Origin: Octopus sinensis
Lineage: Eukaryota
Assembly: GCF_006345805.1 (NCBI RefSeq)
Contig: NC_043021.1
Span: 5,642,001 to 5,706,000, forward strand
Length of the DNA: 64,000 nucleotides
Direction: 5' to 3'
Shown: piece after piece, positions 50,450-62,875 of the stretch
Layout: the number at the start of each line of letters is the position of its first letter
How positions within the stretch are numbered: the first letter of the stretch is position 1
Position numbers and translations under genes: made by a program
Notes under the pieces: generated by a model
Database searches by the model: none
The model's input: the letters and a program-made list of their open reading frames with translations, nothing else
What the model was told of the DNA's origin: nothing

Positions 50450-51560
50450 TGGGTAGTGCAAAATCCATTCCAGATCTAAGGTAAGATTTGCAGCGGAACA
50501 TTGTAGTAGGCAGGGCCATTACAGCAAAGAAACGGGGCTAGAAGAGTGGTAGTAACAGGGAACTATAACAGGAGCTAAAAGATGGGCTAGGAAATAGGCA
50601 TGTTTTGCCAGGGGAGAAGCAGAAAAGAAGAAGTTTGCCAACGTTCAGCAGCTTGAGGTTTTTCGGATTGCAAGAGAGTGTGTGAGAGAAAATTGTGATG
50701 TAGGAGAGAAAATGTGTTTACAAGAACAATGGATCACTAGCCGTTAGCGATTCTGCAAAGTAAGAGGCTTGGAAGTGCCATCATGAAAGGGTGCTAAATG
50801 TAGAGAATACATGGGAGAAGAGTCTGCTTATTACGGACCCAATAGAGGAACCAGCTATCCGAATTGACAGTAGCTTGGTAAAGAAATTAATGATATGAAG
50901 ACTGGGAAAGCTCCCAACCCTTCAAGAATCTCTGCTGAGATGCTTAAAATACCTGGCAGAGTGGGATTTGGTCTTGTCACCTGTACAGATAATCAGGTGG
51001 TCATACCGAATGACTGGGTGTAGCAGCATTATAGTCAACTGCTACAAAGGTAAAGGTGATACTTTAGAAATAACTAGCAGTATCGCCCAGTGTTGCTCGG
51101 GTTTGTAAGGGAAATAACTATATAAGCATTTTTAGAGAGTTATAGCCAAAAAAATGCATTAAAAATGGGGGAAAAAAATGATGGTAAATTTTTTTTAAAT
51201 CGTTGACTCATCGTAGACATTTTTAGAGAGTTACTTCCCTTATATAATATAGCGAAAAATGCATTAAAATGGGGGAAAATGATGGTAAATTTTTTTTTAA
51301 ACCGTAGACGTGCACTAATACCCAGAAGGGCTTGATATGAATCACGACTATGATACCCGGTTTTGGTTAAACTGCACCGCAAAATGTGGGAGTAGTTAGG
51401 AATCTAAATCGAAGGAGACAGACACACAACTTGACTTTTATGTATAAAGAAGATTAGAGGTATTAAATTGTTGGCCCAGGTCATGAAAGTTACAGATTGG
51501 CTTATAGCTCAACTTATTAAGAAGAGAGTTAGCTTGGATGAGAGGCAGTTCAATTTTGAA
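50450..51560 (+). mobile_element. RTE-type LINE fragment interrupted by a Helitron
   Basis: KTGKAP..S.ISAEMLK..IPNDW..IVNCYKGKGD.LE / RGIKLL..VMKV, split by the insertion at 51074-51450. Confidence 0.75.
51074..51450 (-). mobile_element. non-autonomous Helitron
   Basis: A|CTAG at 51074 and TC 5' end at 51450. Confidence 0.85.
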
Positions 51561-51676
51561 CTTAAAAAGTAAGGCTCCTCAACTGAGTGGTGAGTGGTTT
51601 GAGCAAGGTGGTTTTGTACTAGGTGAGGAGAGGTTAGAGTATGAACAGAGGGACAGAAATAGGAGTCTTGCATTAA

Positions 51677-52009
51677 CCCTTTAGTATTTAAACTGGCCAT
51701 ATCTGGCCAAAATATTCTGCTTGGCCAGATCCAACATCTTGCATCTATCCTACAATGTCATTCTAAATATAAACAATCACATCATCAAAATCTTGAAGCC
51801 ACAAAACAATGCATGATTAATTCAAAACAATGTGAATAAATAGGTGTAGGAGTGGCGGTGTGGTAAGTAGCTTGCTTACCAACTACATGGTTCCAGGTTC
51901 ATTCCCACTGCGTGGCACCTTGGGCAAGTGTCTTCTACTATAGCCTCGGGCCAACCAAAGCCTTGTGAGTGGATTTGGTAGACAGAAACTGAAAGAAGCC
52001 TGTTGTATG

Positions 52010-52040
<31 letters not shown>

Positions 52041-52289
52041 GCGTGTGTGTGTCTGCGTTTGTCCCCCAAACATCGCTTGACAACCGATGCAGGTGTGTTT
52101 ACGTCCCTTTAACTTAGCAGTTCAGCAAAAGAGACCGATAGAATAAGTACTAGGTTTCTAAAGAATAAGTCCTGGGGTTGATTTGCTCAACTAAAGGCGG
52201 TGCTCCAGCATGGCTACAGTCAAATGACTGAAACAAGTAAAAGAGTAAATAAGCATTACATTTGACAGAATAATCTGAATGCTAAAAGG
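51677..52289. mobile_element. PB1 MITE with nested SINE A (51843-52246)
   Basis: TTAA|CCCTTTAG start. The SINE is flanked by AAATA (51838-51842 and 52247-52251). Confidence 0.75.
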
Positions 52290-53087
52290 TGAAAGGAGAT
52301 TCATGGCTACCTCAGTAGGAGAGAAGATACAGAAAATGTGATTAATACTAATGTGGGTAGTGCAAAATCCATTCCAGATCTAAGGTAACATTTGCAGCAG
52401 AACAGTGTGGTAGGCAGGGCCATTACAGCAAAGAAACGGGGCTATGAGAAGAGTGGTAGTAACAGGGAACTATAACAGTAGCTAAAAGATGGGCTAGGAA
52501 ATAGGCACCATCCGATCGTGGCGGTTGCCAGCCTCGCCTGGCCCCCGTGCCGGTGGCACGTAAAAAGCACCATCCGTCCGTGGCCGTTTGCCAGCTCCGT
52601 CTGGCGTCTGTGCGGGTGGCACGTAAAAAGCACCCACTACACACACGGAGTGGTTGGCGTTAGGAAGGGCATCCAGCCGTAGAAACACTGCCAGATCAGA
52701 CTGGGCCTGATGCAGCCTTCTGGCTTCACAGACCCCAGTTGAACCGTCCAACCCATGCTAGCATGGAAAACGGACGCTAAATGATGATGATGACGATGAT
52801 GGTGGTGATGACAATGAGGATGGTAAAACAAAAATTCAGTAAAGCAAACCTTGAAACATCTCAAAACTTTATTTTCTGTTTTTATTTTTATTTTTTCATA
52901 TTTTTGGTTGTAGTTTTTTTTTTTTTTCTGTTTGTTTGTTTGTTTGTTTAAAATCTTCACTGCTCCATTCTTACACCATCAACTGTAATATTTCTGTATG
53001 TCCATCTCTGTCTGTGTCTCCCTCGATATCATCTCCCTGCATCCATCCCTGTACGATTTTGGTTTGTAAAGGCAGTTCAAGTGAGTA

Positions 53088-53270
53088 CTATTTCTTCCGA
53101 AGCCTGTGCCTGTCCAGCCTCTCTTCTAGGTCTTCGTCGCTGTGATAGACGGTCGCCATTGAGCCACTGCGTGACGGCATAACAAAGTCCTTGTCAGGTT
53201 TTATATCGACATTTTCATAACACAAAACATTTAAAGTTTCCTCAAAGATCCTTGCTTCCGGATAATCAAC
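53088..53270 (-). CDS. KCTD10: BTB/POZ adapter for CUL3 (KCTD10/TNFAIP1/KCTD13 family), terminal exon
   Basis: TTCCAG| VDYPEARIFEETLNVLCYE...RLRKK*; 183 nt. The symbol stands for the family; a single invertebrate co-orthologue is likely. Confidence 0.9.
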   Translation of the reverse strand, partial: VDYPEARIFEETLNVLCYENVDIKPDKDFVMPSRSGSMATVYHSDEDLEERLDRHRLRKK

Positions 53271-54018
53271 CTGGAATGTTTGATGGTACAAAAAAGGGAA
53301 GTAAAGAAAGGTTAGAACATGTAGGACTACATTCAGACGTAACTATGATTAAGAAATTCACTTTGCAATTACATAGTCCCAGGTTCAATCTCACTACAAA
53401 GCAACTTGGACAAGTGTTCTCTACCATTATCTGCAAAGTCATAGGCACCGTTCTGTCTCCTCTAACTTAACATAAAAAAAAAAAAAAAATGATGGTTTAA
53501 GTGGAGGGGGGTCTTTCTCTGGGACAGATTTATACCACTTATTTACTGTTTGGTATTAAAAACTTTTACACCAGCCTTGGAAACATTGCAAAACGAAATC
53601 TCTTTATAACTTCCGAAAGTTCTTTGATCATAAGTCAGCTCAATCACTGTGAACCTGGGGTTAAATAGCACCTGCTTTGTCAGCTGGATTATGGCTAACT
53701 CAGAGCTAAACAACTGCTCACATAAACAAAAATCTATACTCATGCAAATATGAAAAAAAATATATATATATGAAAGCAGAAGACTGAACTCTTCATATCA
53801 ATGGAGAGAGAGAGAGAGAGAGAGAGAAAGAAGGAAGGAGAAAGTAGCAGTGAGGGGAAGAAGGAGAGGGGGAGATGGGCAAGGGAAAGAGATGAGAGAA
53901 AGTCAGATAGATATATAGAGGAAAAGGATGATAAAAAAGAGACAATAAAAAGAAAGAGAATAAATGAGATGATCAAGGATGGAGAGGAAGAGACTAAAAC
54001 ATGGCAGACCGTTATTAC

Positions 54019-54217
54019 CTTGGTGTGTTTTTTGTCAGTACCATATACTATTGATGTACAGCAGACTTCGCCAACCTTCTGGGAGCGACTGTAGAAGTAC
54101 CAGCAACATATTTCAACGGTGCCAATGACATCCTTGATGAGCAACAAACGGTTGCTGAACTGAAGTGACAGCTTGTCAAAGAGCTCGATATTCTTCAGAA
54201 AGTTATCATCTGAATTA
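54019..54217 (-). CDS. KCTD10: KCTD10/TNFAIP1-family exon
   Basis: TTGCAG| [45 protein letters not shown] |GTAATA; 199 nt. Confidence 0.93.
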
Positions 54218-54464
54218 CTGCAACAGAAAGGATTTAGATAGGTTGTTAAACAGATATACAGAAAGACAGATATATATAGAGAGACATACACATACAAGAG
54301 AGGCCACACACTCCAAAATACTACCATCAGGTAAATAGAAAGATATGCTGAATGCTATAGTCCTAAATATGTTATGACTGAAAAAGAGACAATTCAGTTA
54401 TAGTTCGTTTTTGGATTTGGTTTGCAAGATTCTTTATATGAGTTCATGTGTTGAAGCATATTCT

Positions 54465-54708
54465 GTTGTGTCTGGGGAGAGTCATTCTCTTTTAGTGCCT
54501 TATTATTTAACACACTCACCAGTAAAATTTCCAATTATTTCTTATTTTTATTTTCTAAAATTTTCGTTGTGTCTTGCAACCTTTTCAATAGTCTTGCAAG
54601 ATGCAACGAAAATTTTAGAAAATAAAAATAAGAAATAAGTGGAAATCTTACCGGTGAGTGTGTTAAATAATAAGGCACTAAAAGAGAATTACTCCCCCTA
54701 GACACAAC
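54465..54708. repeat. fold-back/MITE-like palindrome (about 115-bp arms)
   Basis: GTTGTGTCTGGGGAGAG..TCTTGCAA is mirrored by TTGCAAGA..CTCCCCCTAGACACAAC. No TSD seen. Confidence 0.85.
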
Positions 54709-54829
54709 CTGATTAAAATAAACCTGAGCAAGAATTGAACTCGCCAAAATACCACAAGCATTCTGTCCTGCACTCCACTAATTCTGCCATCCAGACACAT
54801 TGTAGCGTTGAATGACGGTTCACACACAC

Positions 54830-55320
54830 ACTGTTTGTGAACATCTGCCATATACAAAAACTACTTTCTCTGTTAGTCTACCTGTTATTCCACTGCACCT
54901 TTATGTGTTCATAGCTTACACTGGGTACATCAAATGGATTTCCTAACATCTTTCCAATATATCAATCAGGGCCATTTACCTGACAGAAAAAAGTATTCTC
55001 CACTTTCTTGCTAACTACAACTTTATCTTTAGAAGATTAGCTTCAAGGCCCCTTTGATTCCAGGTTCTACTACAGATTCCTCCATAAGAACAAAATCATT
55101 AGCATATAGTAGTTCCCAAGGACAACCAGTCTTAAATTCCTCTATTTTGGCTCAGGAAGCATCCTAGAAGTTGTAGATAATTTCTGTTACTCAGGTGGCC
55201 AAATTAGCAGTGGAGGGGGATGTTCTACAAGTATAGCTGCTAGAATAAGAATAGGATGGAGAAAGTTCAAAGAATTGTTACTCCTATTAGCAATAGATGG
55301 TACCTCTCTCTGGACATTAA
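54830..55320. mobile_element. RTE LINE fragment with an internal inversion
   Basis: The minus part (55140 to about 54830) encodes CPWELLYAND..SGKW..CTQCK..; the plus part (55141-55320) encodes LEVVDNFCY.G..IRIGWRKFKELL. Confidence 0.65.
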
Positions 55321-55342
55321 ATATTGATTTTATATATATATC

Positions 55343-55731
55343 TCTCTTTTTACTTGTTTCAGTCATTTTGACTGCGGCCATGCTGGAGCACAGCCTTTAA
55401 TTGAGCAACTCGACCCCGGGACTTATTCTTTTTTGTAAGCCCAGTACTTATTCTATCGGTCTCTTTTACCGAACCACTAAGTGATGGGGACATAAACACA
55501 CCAGCATCGGTTGTCAAGCAATGCTAGGGGGACAAACACAGACACACACGCACATATATACATATATGTGACGGGCTTCTTTCAGTTTCCGTCTACCAAA
55601 TCCACTCACAAGGCTTTGGTTGGCCCGAGGCTATGGTAGAAGACACTAGCCCAAGGTGCCACGCAGTGGGACTGAACCCAGAACCATGTGGTTGGTAAAC
55701 AAGCTACTTACCACACAGCCACTCCTGCGCC
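55343..55731 (-). mobile_element. SINE family A
   Basis: Full-length copy. Confidence 0.9.
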
Positions 55732-55790
55732 TACATATATATATATATATATACTTTGTTTATGAAGCAGATAAATAGATATGAACTTAC

Positions 55791-55843
55791 TTTGTGTATG
55801 AATACTTGTTATTGTGACGATTACAGCTGAGTTTGATCACAGG
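55791..55843 (-). CDS. KCTD10: KCTD10/TNFAIP1-family 53-nt exon (absent from the ORF track)
   Basis: CCACAG| PVIKLSCNRHNNKYSYT(N) |GTAAGT. The phases fit both neighbours and it matches the family P..KL..NR.NNKYSYT motif. Confidence 0.9.
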
Positions 55844-57519
55844 CTGTGGATGAGAAAAACAAATACTATCAATCATAGTAGTAATAATAATCCTTTCGAC
55901 TGTAGGCACAAGGGTCTGAAATTTGGGGAGGATAGAGTAAGTCAATTACATCGACCCCAGTGTTTCATTGGTACTTAGTTTATTGACGCCAAAAAGGATG
56001 AAAGGCAAAGCAGAATTTGAACTCAGATCATAAAGGCATAATAATAATTCCACCATTAGATCAAGATCATTAGCATATAGTAGTTCCCAAGGACAACCAG
56101 TCTTAAATTCCATGATGATGATGATGATGATGATGATGACCATGATGATGATGGTGATGAAAAAAATAATAATGTTTCAATTTAAGCACAAGGCCAGTTA
56201 TTTCAGGTGGAGAGAATTAGTCAGTTACATCAACTCTGGTACTCGACTGGTACTTGATTTTATTAACTCTAAAAGAACTTTGGAGTATCAAAAATTTCAT
56301 GTTAAATGCAGGAATTGGAAAGGTAGTGACAATGTATTATAAATATTTACACTAGATATTATATACTACATCAACTTTCATGAGATAGGTCAACTTATAC
56401 ACCAAGATGACTTTGGAGGGCCAAAAATTTCTGTGAAATGCAAGATTTGGAAAGATTGAGCTGATGTTTAAATGTTTACACATTGTGTACACTACACACT
56501 GTTCCACTGACTTGCATGCCAGAAAATATGGTATGTTGACTATTTTCAATATTAGAATTAAATATGTTGGATTACTGTTGTCCAACTATGAAGATTCAGT
56601 AAGCAAAGGTTTTTTTTTGTCATGTCTATAATTAAGGATGCCTATGCTTCAAGAATCTTTTCTGTTTGAAATAAGTAGAAAATTATTAAAGAGGATATAT
56701 CAATTATTAAGTATGTTGAAATTCACCTAAAATATAATTAATCATCATCAGCATTTAGCATCTGCTTTCCATGCTGGCATGGGTTGGACGGTTCAACTGG
56801 GGTCTGGGAAGCCAGAAGGCTGCACCAGGCCCAGTCTGATCTGGCAGTGTTTCTACAGCTGGATGCCCTTCCTAACGCCAACCACTCCGTGAGTGTAGTG
56901 GGTGCTTTTTACGTGCCACCGGCACAGGTGCCAGACGAGGCTGGCAGACAGCCACGATCGGATGGTGCACGGAGGCTAGTCGGGCGGCGCTGGCTACGGC
57001 CACATTCAGATAGTTCTCTTACGTGCCACCGGCACTGGTATCACAGCTACAAATTCCATTGATGTTGATAGATTACGATTTTGATAAAATTGCGTTTCAA
57101 AACAACACTTAGAGCAGCTTTTATTTTCAGAACAACCTAATATTTTATCAACCCTGAAAAGGCAAAAGGTTTTGTCAACCTTGGCAGAATCCCAAGTCAG
57201 GATGTAAAGACTGACGGAATCCCACTAAGCATTTTCCCAACATGCTAACAATTCTACCAGCTTACCACTCGATAATTTTTTCTACTATAGGAACAAGGCT
57301 TGAAATTAGGGATGGGGCTAGTTGATTACGTCAACCCCTTAATCTACTGATACTTATTTCACTGACCCCAAAAGGATGAAAGGCAAAGGTCAACCTCAGC
57401 AGAATTTGAACTCAGGCCATAAAGATGGATGAAATTCTGCTAAGCACTTTGCCCAGCATGCTAATGATTCTACCAGCTTGTTGCGTTAATAATAATTAAT
57501 TCTTTTATTGGCCACAAGG

Positions 57520-58105
57520 GCTGACAAAAATCAATTATCACATAAAGGGACAAAACAGGACGAAGGGTTACAAAGGGTTTTGTCCGTTTGTGAAAAATCC
57601 GAGTAAAAACAGTTTAACAACGAAAGATTATAACAATGAAAATCTCCCAAAAGGGGGAGGCGTTACGAAAGGTTCCTGGTGGAAAAAAACCCATAAAAGC
57701 CAACAGGAGCCTGGTAAAAAAAAGTGGGGTAGAGAGCCCCTTTCTTTTATATTACCTTTTTAAATCACAGGTGTATCCTCAGAATGACCCCTTTCACGCT
57801 GACCATTCTTGCGACATTTATCCACCTTTCATTAAACTTGCTTTCGGACAGCACTTCCCTCTCTACTCTCATCTTCCTTTTCAAGTGAAACTTGAAAAAG
57901 TTGATGAGGCCTGGGCCAAAGAGGAAATTGTCTGACCTTAGCCCTTTCAAATGGGTCCACCATACCACCTCTTTCGCTACAACCACTAGGCAAAGGATAA
58001 CTGCCTTGCCCTCCCGGTTAAAGGAGGTCAGCGGGGCAATCTTCACTATGGATTCAGCTGATAGCTGGATCAGTCCTATACGCGACAGTAGCTGTTCGAC
58101 ATAAA
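57520..58105 (-). mobile_element. Tx1/L1-like LINE 3' end
   Basis: ..LCLVVVAKEVVWWT..LINFFKFHLKRKMRVER..FNERW.. resembles the C-terminus of Tx1-type ORF2. Confidence 0.6.
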
Positions 58106-58346
58106 TGATAATAATAATAATAATCCTTTCTACAAAAGGCACAAGGCCTAAAATTTGAAGGGAACAGACTAGTCAATTACATCAACCCCAGTGATTCACT
58201 GGTACTTAATTTATTGACCCCCGAAAGGATGAAAAGCAAAGTCGACCTCAGCAGAATCTGAACTCAGAATGTAGCAACAGGTAAAATACCGCTAAGCATT
58301 TAATCCATTGTGCTAACGATTGCTGATTTATATAATAAGAATTTAC

Positions 58347-58603
58347 CTTGTGTGTGTTGGCAAACAGGTTCTGTTCCTCCTCTGTTGATGTGAGCAACGG
58401 GACCTGGCAGCTTGGCTGCACCTCTCTCTTCTTCTTTAGAGCTGGTTCGATGATGTTAACGAGGTCTTGTACAATGTAGTAACGGGCCTCTGCCTCTAAC
58501 TCCATCAGTCCAATTTCTGTGTCTGGCAGGGTTGTGTGGTTGTCCCGCAGGAAGTTCAGAATTGTATCAAAATGTTTTCCACTGCGATCTATCAGGATCC
58601 AAC
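58347..58603 (-). CDS. KCTD10: KCTD10/TNFAIP1-family exon (BTB domain, second half)
   Basis: TTTTCAG| (G)WILIDRSGKHFDTILNFLRD..EARYY..ANTHK |GTAAAT; 257 nt. The upstream exon(s) were not found in the window. Confidence 0.93.
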
Positions 58604-58935
58604 CTGAAAAAAAAAACAAACTGAAATTCTTTAACTGTTTTCAGATCAGATTTCAAACGACAATTCATTGCTTATACGTTGTCGTTATCATTTTAATGTT
58701 CACTTTTCCATGCTTGCCTGGATGATCAGATGGAATTTGTAAAGGTGGATTTTGTATGGTTGAGTACCTCGCTTGGCAACAGGTGGGGGTTGGCGTCAGG
58801 AAGAGCATTCGGCCATAGAAAACTTGCCACACGCATAGTGCCCTTCCTGTTGCCAACCCTCAACTATTTCTAAGTAAAGTAATTATTTTTCTATACCAGA
58901 CAGGTTTCCAGAAAATATTGGAAATAAATAACATT

Positions 58936-59111
58936 GCGCAGGAGTGGCTGTGTGGTAAGTAGCTTGCTTATGAACTACATGGTTCCGGGTTCAGTCCCAC
59001 TGCGTGGCATCTTGGGCAAATGTCTTCTACTATAGCCTCGGGCCGACCAAAGCCTTGTGAGTGGATTTGGTAGACGGAAACTGAAAGAAGCCTGTTGTAT
59101 GCATGTATATA

Positions 59112-59159
<48 letters not shown>

Positions 59160-59341
59160 GTGTGTGTGTGTGTCTGTGTTTGTCCCCCTAGCATTGCTTG
59201 ACAACCGATGCTGGTGTGTTTACGTTCCCGTAACTTAGCCCCGTAACTTAGGGCTTACAAAGAATAAGTCCCGGGGTCGATTTGCTCGACTAAAGGCGGT
59301 GCTCCAGCATGGCCGCAGTCAAATAACTGAAAAGTAAAAGT
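58936..59341 (+). mobile_element. SINE family A
   Basis: Near full-length, with an internal deletion. Confidence 0.85.
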
Positions 59342-59623
59342 AAATATTGCCTGTATGACCGACACACACAACTATCATGTGTTGTCAAAACAACACACTC
59401 ACACACACACACACAAGCTTCTTTCAGTTTCCATCTATTAGATCCATTCACAAGGCTTTGGTCAGCTCAAGGCTACTATAGAAGACACTTAACTCAAGGT
59501 GTCATGCAGTAGGTCTGACCCCAAAACCACATGGTTGCCAAGCAAACATCAGAACCAGGTATGAAAATACTTTAGACAGGCAAAAGGTTAATATTCAGAA
59601 TGTGTCTGTCTCTCTCTTTTACC

Positions 59624-59825
59624 CTTTTACTTGTTTCAGTCATTTGACTGCGGCCATGCTGGAGCACCGCCTTTAGTCGAGCAAATCGACCCCGGGACTT
59701 ATTCTTTGGAAGCCCGGTACTTATTCTATCAGTCTATTTTGCCGAACCGCTAAGTGACGGGGACATAAACACACCAGCATCAGTTGTCAAGCAATGCTAG
59801 GGGAACAAACACACACACACACATA

Positions 59826-59874
<49 letters not shown>

Positions 59875-60050
59875 ATATACATATATACGACAGGCTTCTT
59901 TCGGTTTCCGTCTACCAAATCCACTCACAAGGCATTGGTCGGCCCGGGGCTATAGCAGAAGACACTTGCCCAAGATGCCATGCAGTGGGACTGAACCCGG
60001 AACCATGTGGTTGGTTAGCAAGCTACTTACCACACAGCCACTCCTGCGCC
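59624..60050 (-). mobile_element. SINE family A
   Basis: Full-length copy, inverted relative to 58936-59341. Confidence 0.9.
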
Positions 60051-60067
60051 TATACTGTCTGTCTGTT

Positions 60068-60112
<45 letters not shown>

Positions 60113-60574
60113 CATACACACACACACATATATATCTCAATATTCAATATAATTAAGACATTGGAGGCAGTTTAATGATGTATCTGTATTCTATATTTGT
60201 TATTTTTTTAACCCCAGGTCAGTCAAAGAGATTCCATTTATATCAACAGTCAATACCTTGGACCAACAAGGGAGATCATATGGATGCTTGACCTGCTAGA
60301 AATAACAGTCAAAATAACTTCATGTTACATCTTGTCATCTAGGAAAATGAAAGAAACACAGCCTGAACTTAGCAGTTCAGTAGAAGAGACTGATAGCACA
60401 AGTACAACTCTTAACTAGTACTGGGGTTGATTTGTTTAACTAAAACCCTTCTGGTTGATGTTCCAGTTTGGCCACAGTCCAATAACTGAAACAAGTAAAA
60501 AAAATAGAAGATAGACTGCCAGACATCCCAAACTAAGAGATCCCCAGACACCAGGTGGGAACTACAGCAGTTGT

Positions 60575-60945
60575 GGAGGCGCAATGGCCCAGTGGTTAGG
60601 GCAGCAGACTCGCGGTTTCGATTCCCAGACCGGGTGTTGTGAGTGTTTATTGAGCGAAAACACCTAAAGTGCCACGAGGCTCCGGCAGGGGATGGTGCTG
60701 ATCCCTGCTGTACTCTTTCACCACAACTTTTTCCCACTCTTACTTCCTGTTTCTGTTGTACCTGTATTTCAAAGGGCCGGCCTTGTCACTCTCTGTGTCA
60801 CGCTGAATATCCCCGAGAACTATGTTAAGGGTACACGTGTCTGTGGAGTGCTCAGCCACTTACACGTTAATTTCACGAGCAGGCTGTTCCGTTGATGATT
60901 CGGATCAACCGAAACCCTCGTCGTCGTAACCGACGGAGTGCTTCC
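60575..60945 (+). mobile_element. SINE family C
   Basis: 11-bp TSD ACTACAGCAGT at 60561-60571 and 60946-60956. Confidence 0.85.
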
Positions 60946-60984
60946 ACTACAGCAGTAGGGTGGGATTAAAGGAAGATTTGGGCT

Positions 60985-61250
60985 ATCTTCTCAGAAAGCT
61001 TCATCATCATCATTGTTCGACCGTGGTCGAGACAATGGAATTTACCATGCTACGCCAGACTTCACGGTCCATCATAGCATTACGGAGGTCCTGTTGCTGG
61101 ATGCCTGTATCCCTCTCCAATGCCCAGTCTCTTTTACAATCTCTCGAACAATCCTCAAATTGTGTAGGTCTTTACCTCAATGAGGCCAAGACTGAATATA
61201 TAAACAAGGGCCTGTCCAACAGTGATTGCACCATCCATGCTCAACAGAAA
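60985..61250. mobile_element. RTE LINE 3' end (minus) joined to an inverted RT piece (plus)
   Basis: The minus part matches the 41100-41192 tail. The plus part encodes AQSLLQSLEQSSNCVGLYLNEAKTEYIN. Confidence 0.6.
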
Positions 61251-61659
61251 GCTAAGATAACTACATAAAAACTCTTGCTAGCTTTGTGCTAGACATTTCA
61301 TGGACTACATCAGATAATAAAGACCCCTTAAAACGATGAGGTGTTTGTGGCTGTAATGCCTAGCCTGGAGCTAAACAACGTGTTTATGCTGAGTGATAGA
61401 GATAGAGCTTAAGAGAAAAAAAAACTACAAAATAGTTAACTGGGAGTGAACAGGTACAATGAATGAACTTGGCTGATTACAGGTGTGCCGCGAAGGTGGT
61501 CATTGTGGGTAGAGAGGAGGGTTAGTCATTCTGGAAGTGGTTATGGGTAGAGGGGTGGTTAGTCATTCTGGAAGAGAGCTGTAGGTATGTTATTAATGGT
61601 GGGGGAGGGACTAATTAGAATAGTTAAGGTGAGTCATGGAACTATTTCAGTGATTGAGA

Positions 61660-62166
61660 GAGAGTACAGCAGGGAAGGATGAGAGGAGGAAGAGGGAGAG
61701 AAGTAAGAGAGAGAGGTGAGAAGAGAGGGGAAGGAGGGATGGGAGAGAGAGGAGGGGAGAGAGAGAGAGAGGAGGGGAGAGAGAGAAGAGGGGAGAGAGA
61801 AGAGGGGAGAGAGAAGAGGGGAGAGAGAAGAGGGGAGAGAGACGAGGGGAGAGAGACGAGGGGAGAGAGACGAGGGGAGAGAGACGAGGGGGAGAGAGAC
61901 GAGGGGGAGAGAGAGAGAGACGAGGGGAGAGAGAGAGAAGAGGGGAGAGAGGAGAGAGACGAGGGGAGAGAGACGAGGGGAGAGAGAGAGAGGGAGAGAG
62001 AGAGACGAGGGGGAGAGAGACGAGGGGGAGAGAGACGAGGGGGAGAGAGAGAAGAGGAGGGAGAGGAGGAGAGAGAGAGAGAGAAAAGGACAGGGAGAAA
62101 GCAAGAGAAGCAGAGACAGAAATAAAGAGAAGCAAAGCGAGCAAGAGAGACAGGCAGAGATGCAAA

Positions 62167-62202
<36 letters not shown>

Positions 62203-62240
62203 TAGAGAGAAGAGTAGAGAGAAGAGTAGAGAGAAGGTAG
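61660..62240. repeat. purine-rich (GA/GAGACGAGGG)n array
   Basis: Read directly. Confidence 0.9.
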
Positions 62241-62639
62241 TGCAGTCAATCGGTTGCTGGGTTACCAGTCAAACACCTGGAAATACAAATCCTGTAATCA
62301 ACAGTTGTTGGATGCCAGACCAGTCCTGAAACTCAAGTGGACCTATGACTGGAGACATTCCATCCATGATCATCCTGGCAACTTTTAAGAGAAAATTTAG
62401 GACTACATTATCCAATATGTCCTGTCATTTAAAATGGTAATGTCAGAGGTTCCCAACCTTTATCTTTTAGTTTTTACTGGTTACAGTCATTAGACTCTGG
62501 CCATGCTGGTGCACTGCCTTGAACCATTTTAGTTAAGCAAATCTACTCCAGTACTTTTAGTTTTTTTAAAGCCTGGTACTTATTCTATTGGTCTCTTTTA
62601 CCAAACCACTAAGTTATGGGGACATAAACACACCAATAC

Positions 62640-62875
62640 CTATTATTTACTACCCACAAGGGGCTAAACACAGAGAGGACAAACAAAGACAGACAAACGG
62701 ATTAAGTCGATTATATCGACCCCAGTGCGTAACTGGTACTTATTTAATCGACCCAGAAAGGTTGAAAGGCAAAGTCGACCTCGGCGGAATTTGAACCCAG
62801 AAATGTAGCGGCAGACGAAATACTGCTAAGCATTTTGCCCGGCGTGCTAACGTTTCTGCCAGCTCGGCGCCCTTA
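62640..62875 (-). mobile_element. SINE B nested in a diverged SINE A (about 62465-63010)
   Basis: The flanking TAAACACACCAATACC is duplicated on both sides of the insertion. Confidence 0.75.

Noticed and set aside
50448-52507. 155-bp duplication (50448-50600 and 52352-52507) as LTRs
   Set aside because: Both copies are pieces of the same RTE LINE region, with no TG..CA ends or PBS.
55260-55300. NRSNN-coding stretch as a candidate missing BACURD exon
   Set aside because: It is the antisense of an RTE fragment and lacks splice sites. The true exon is 55791-55843.
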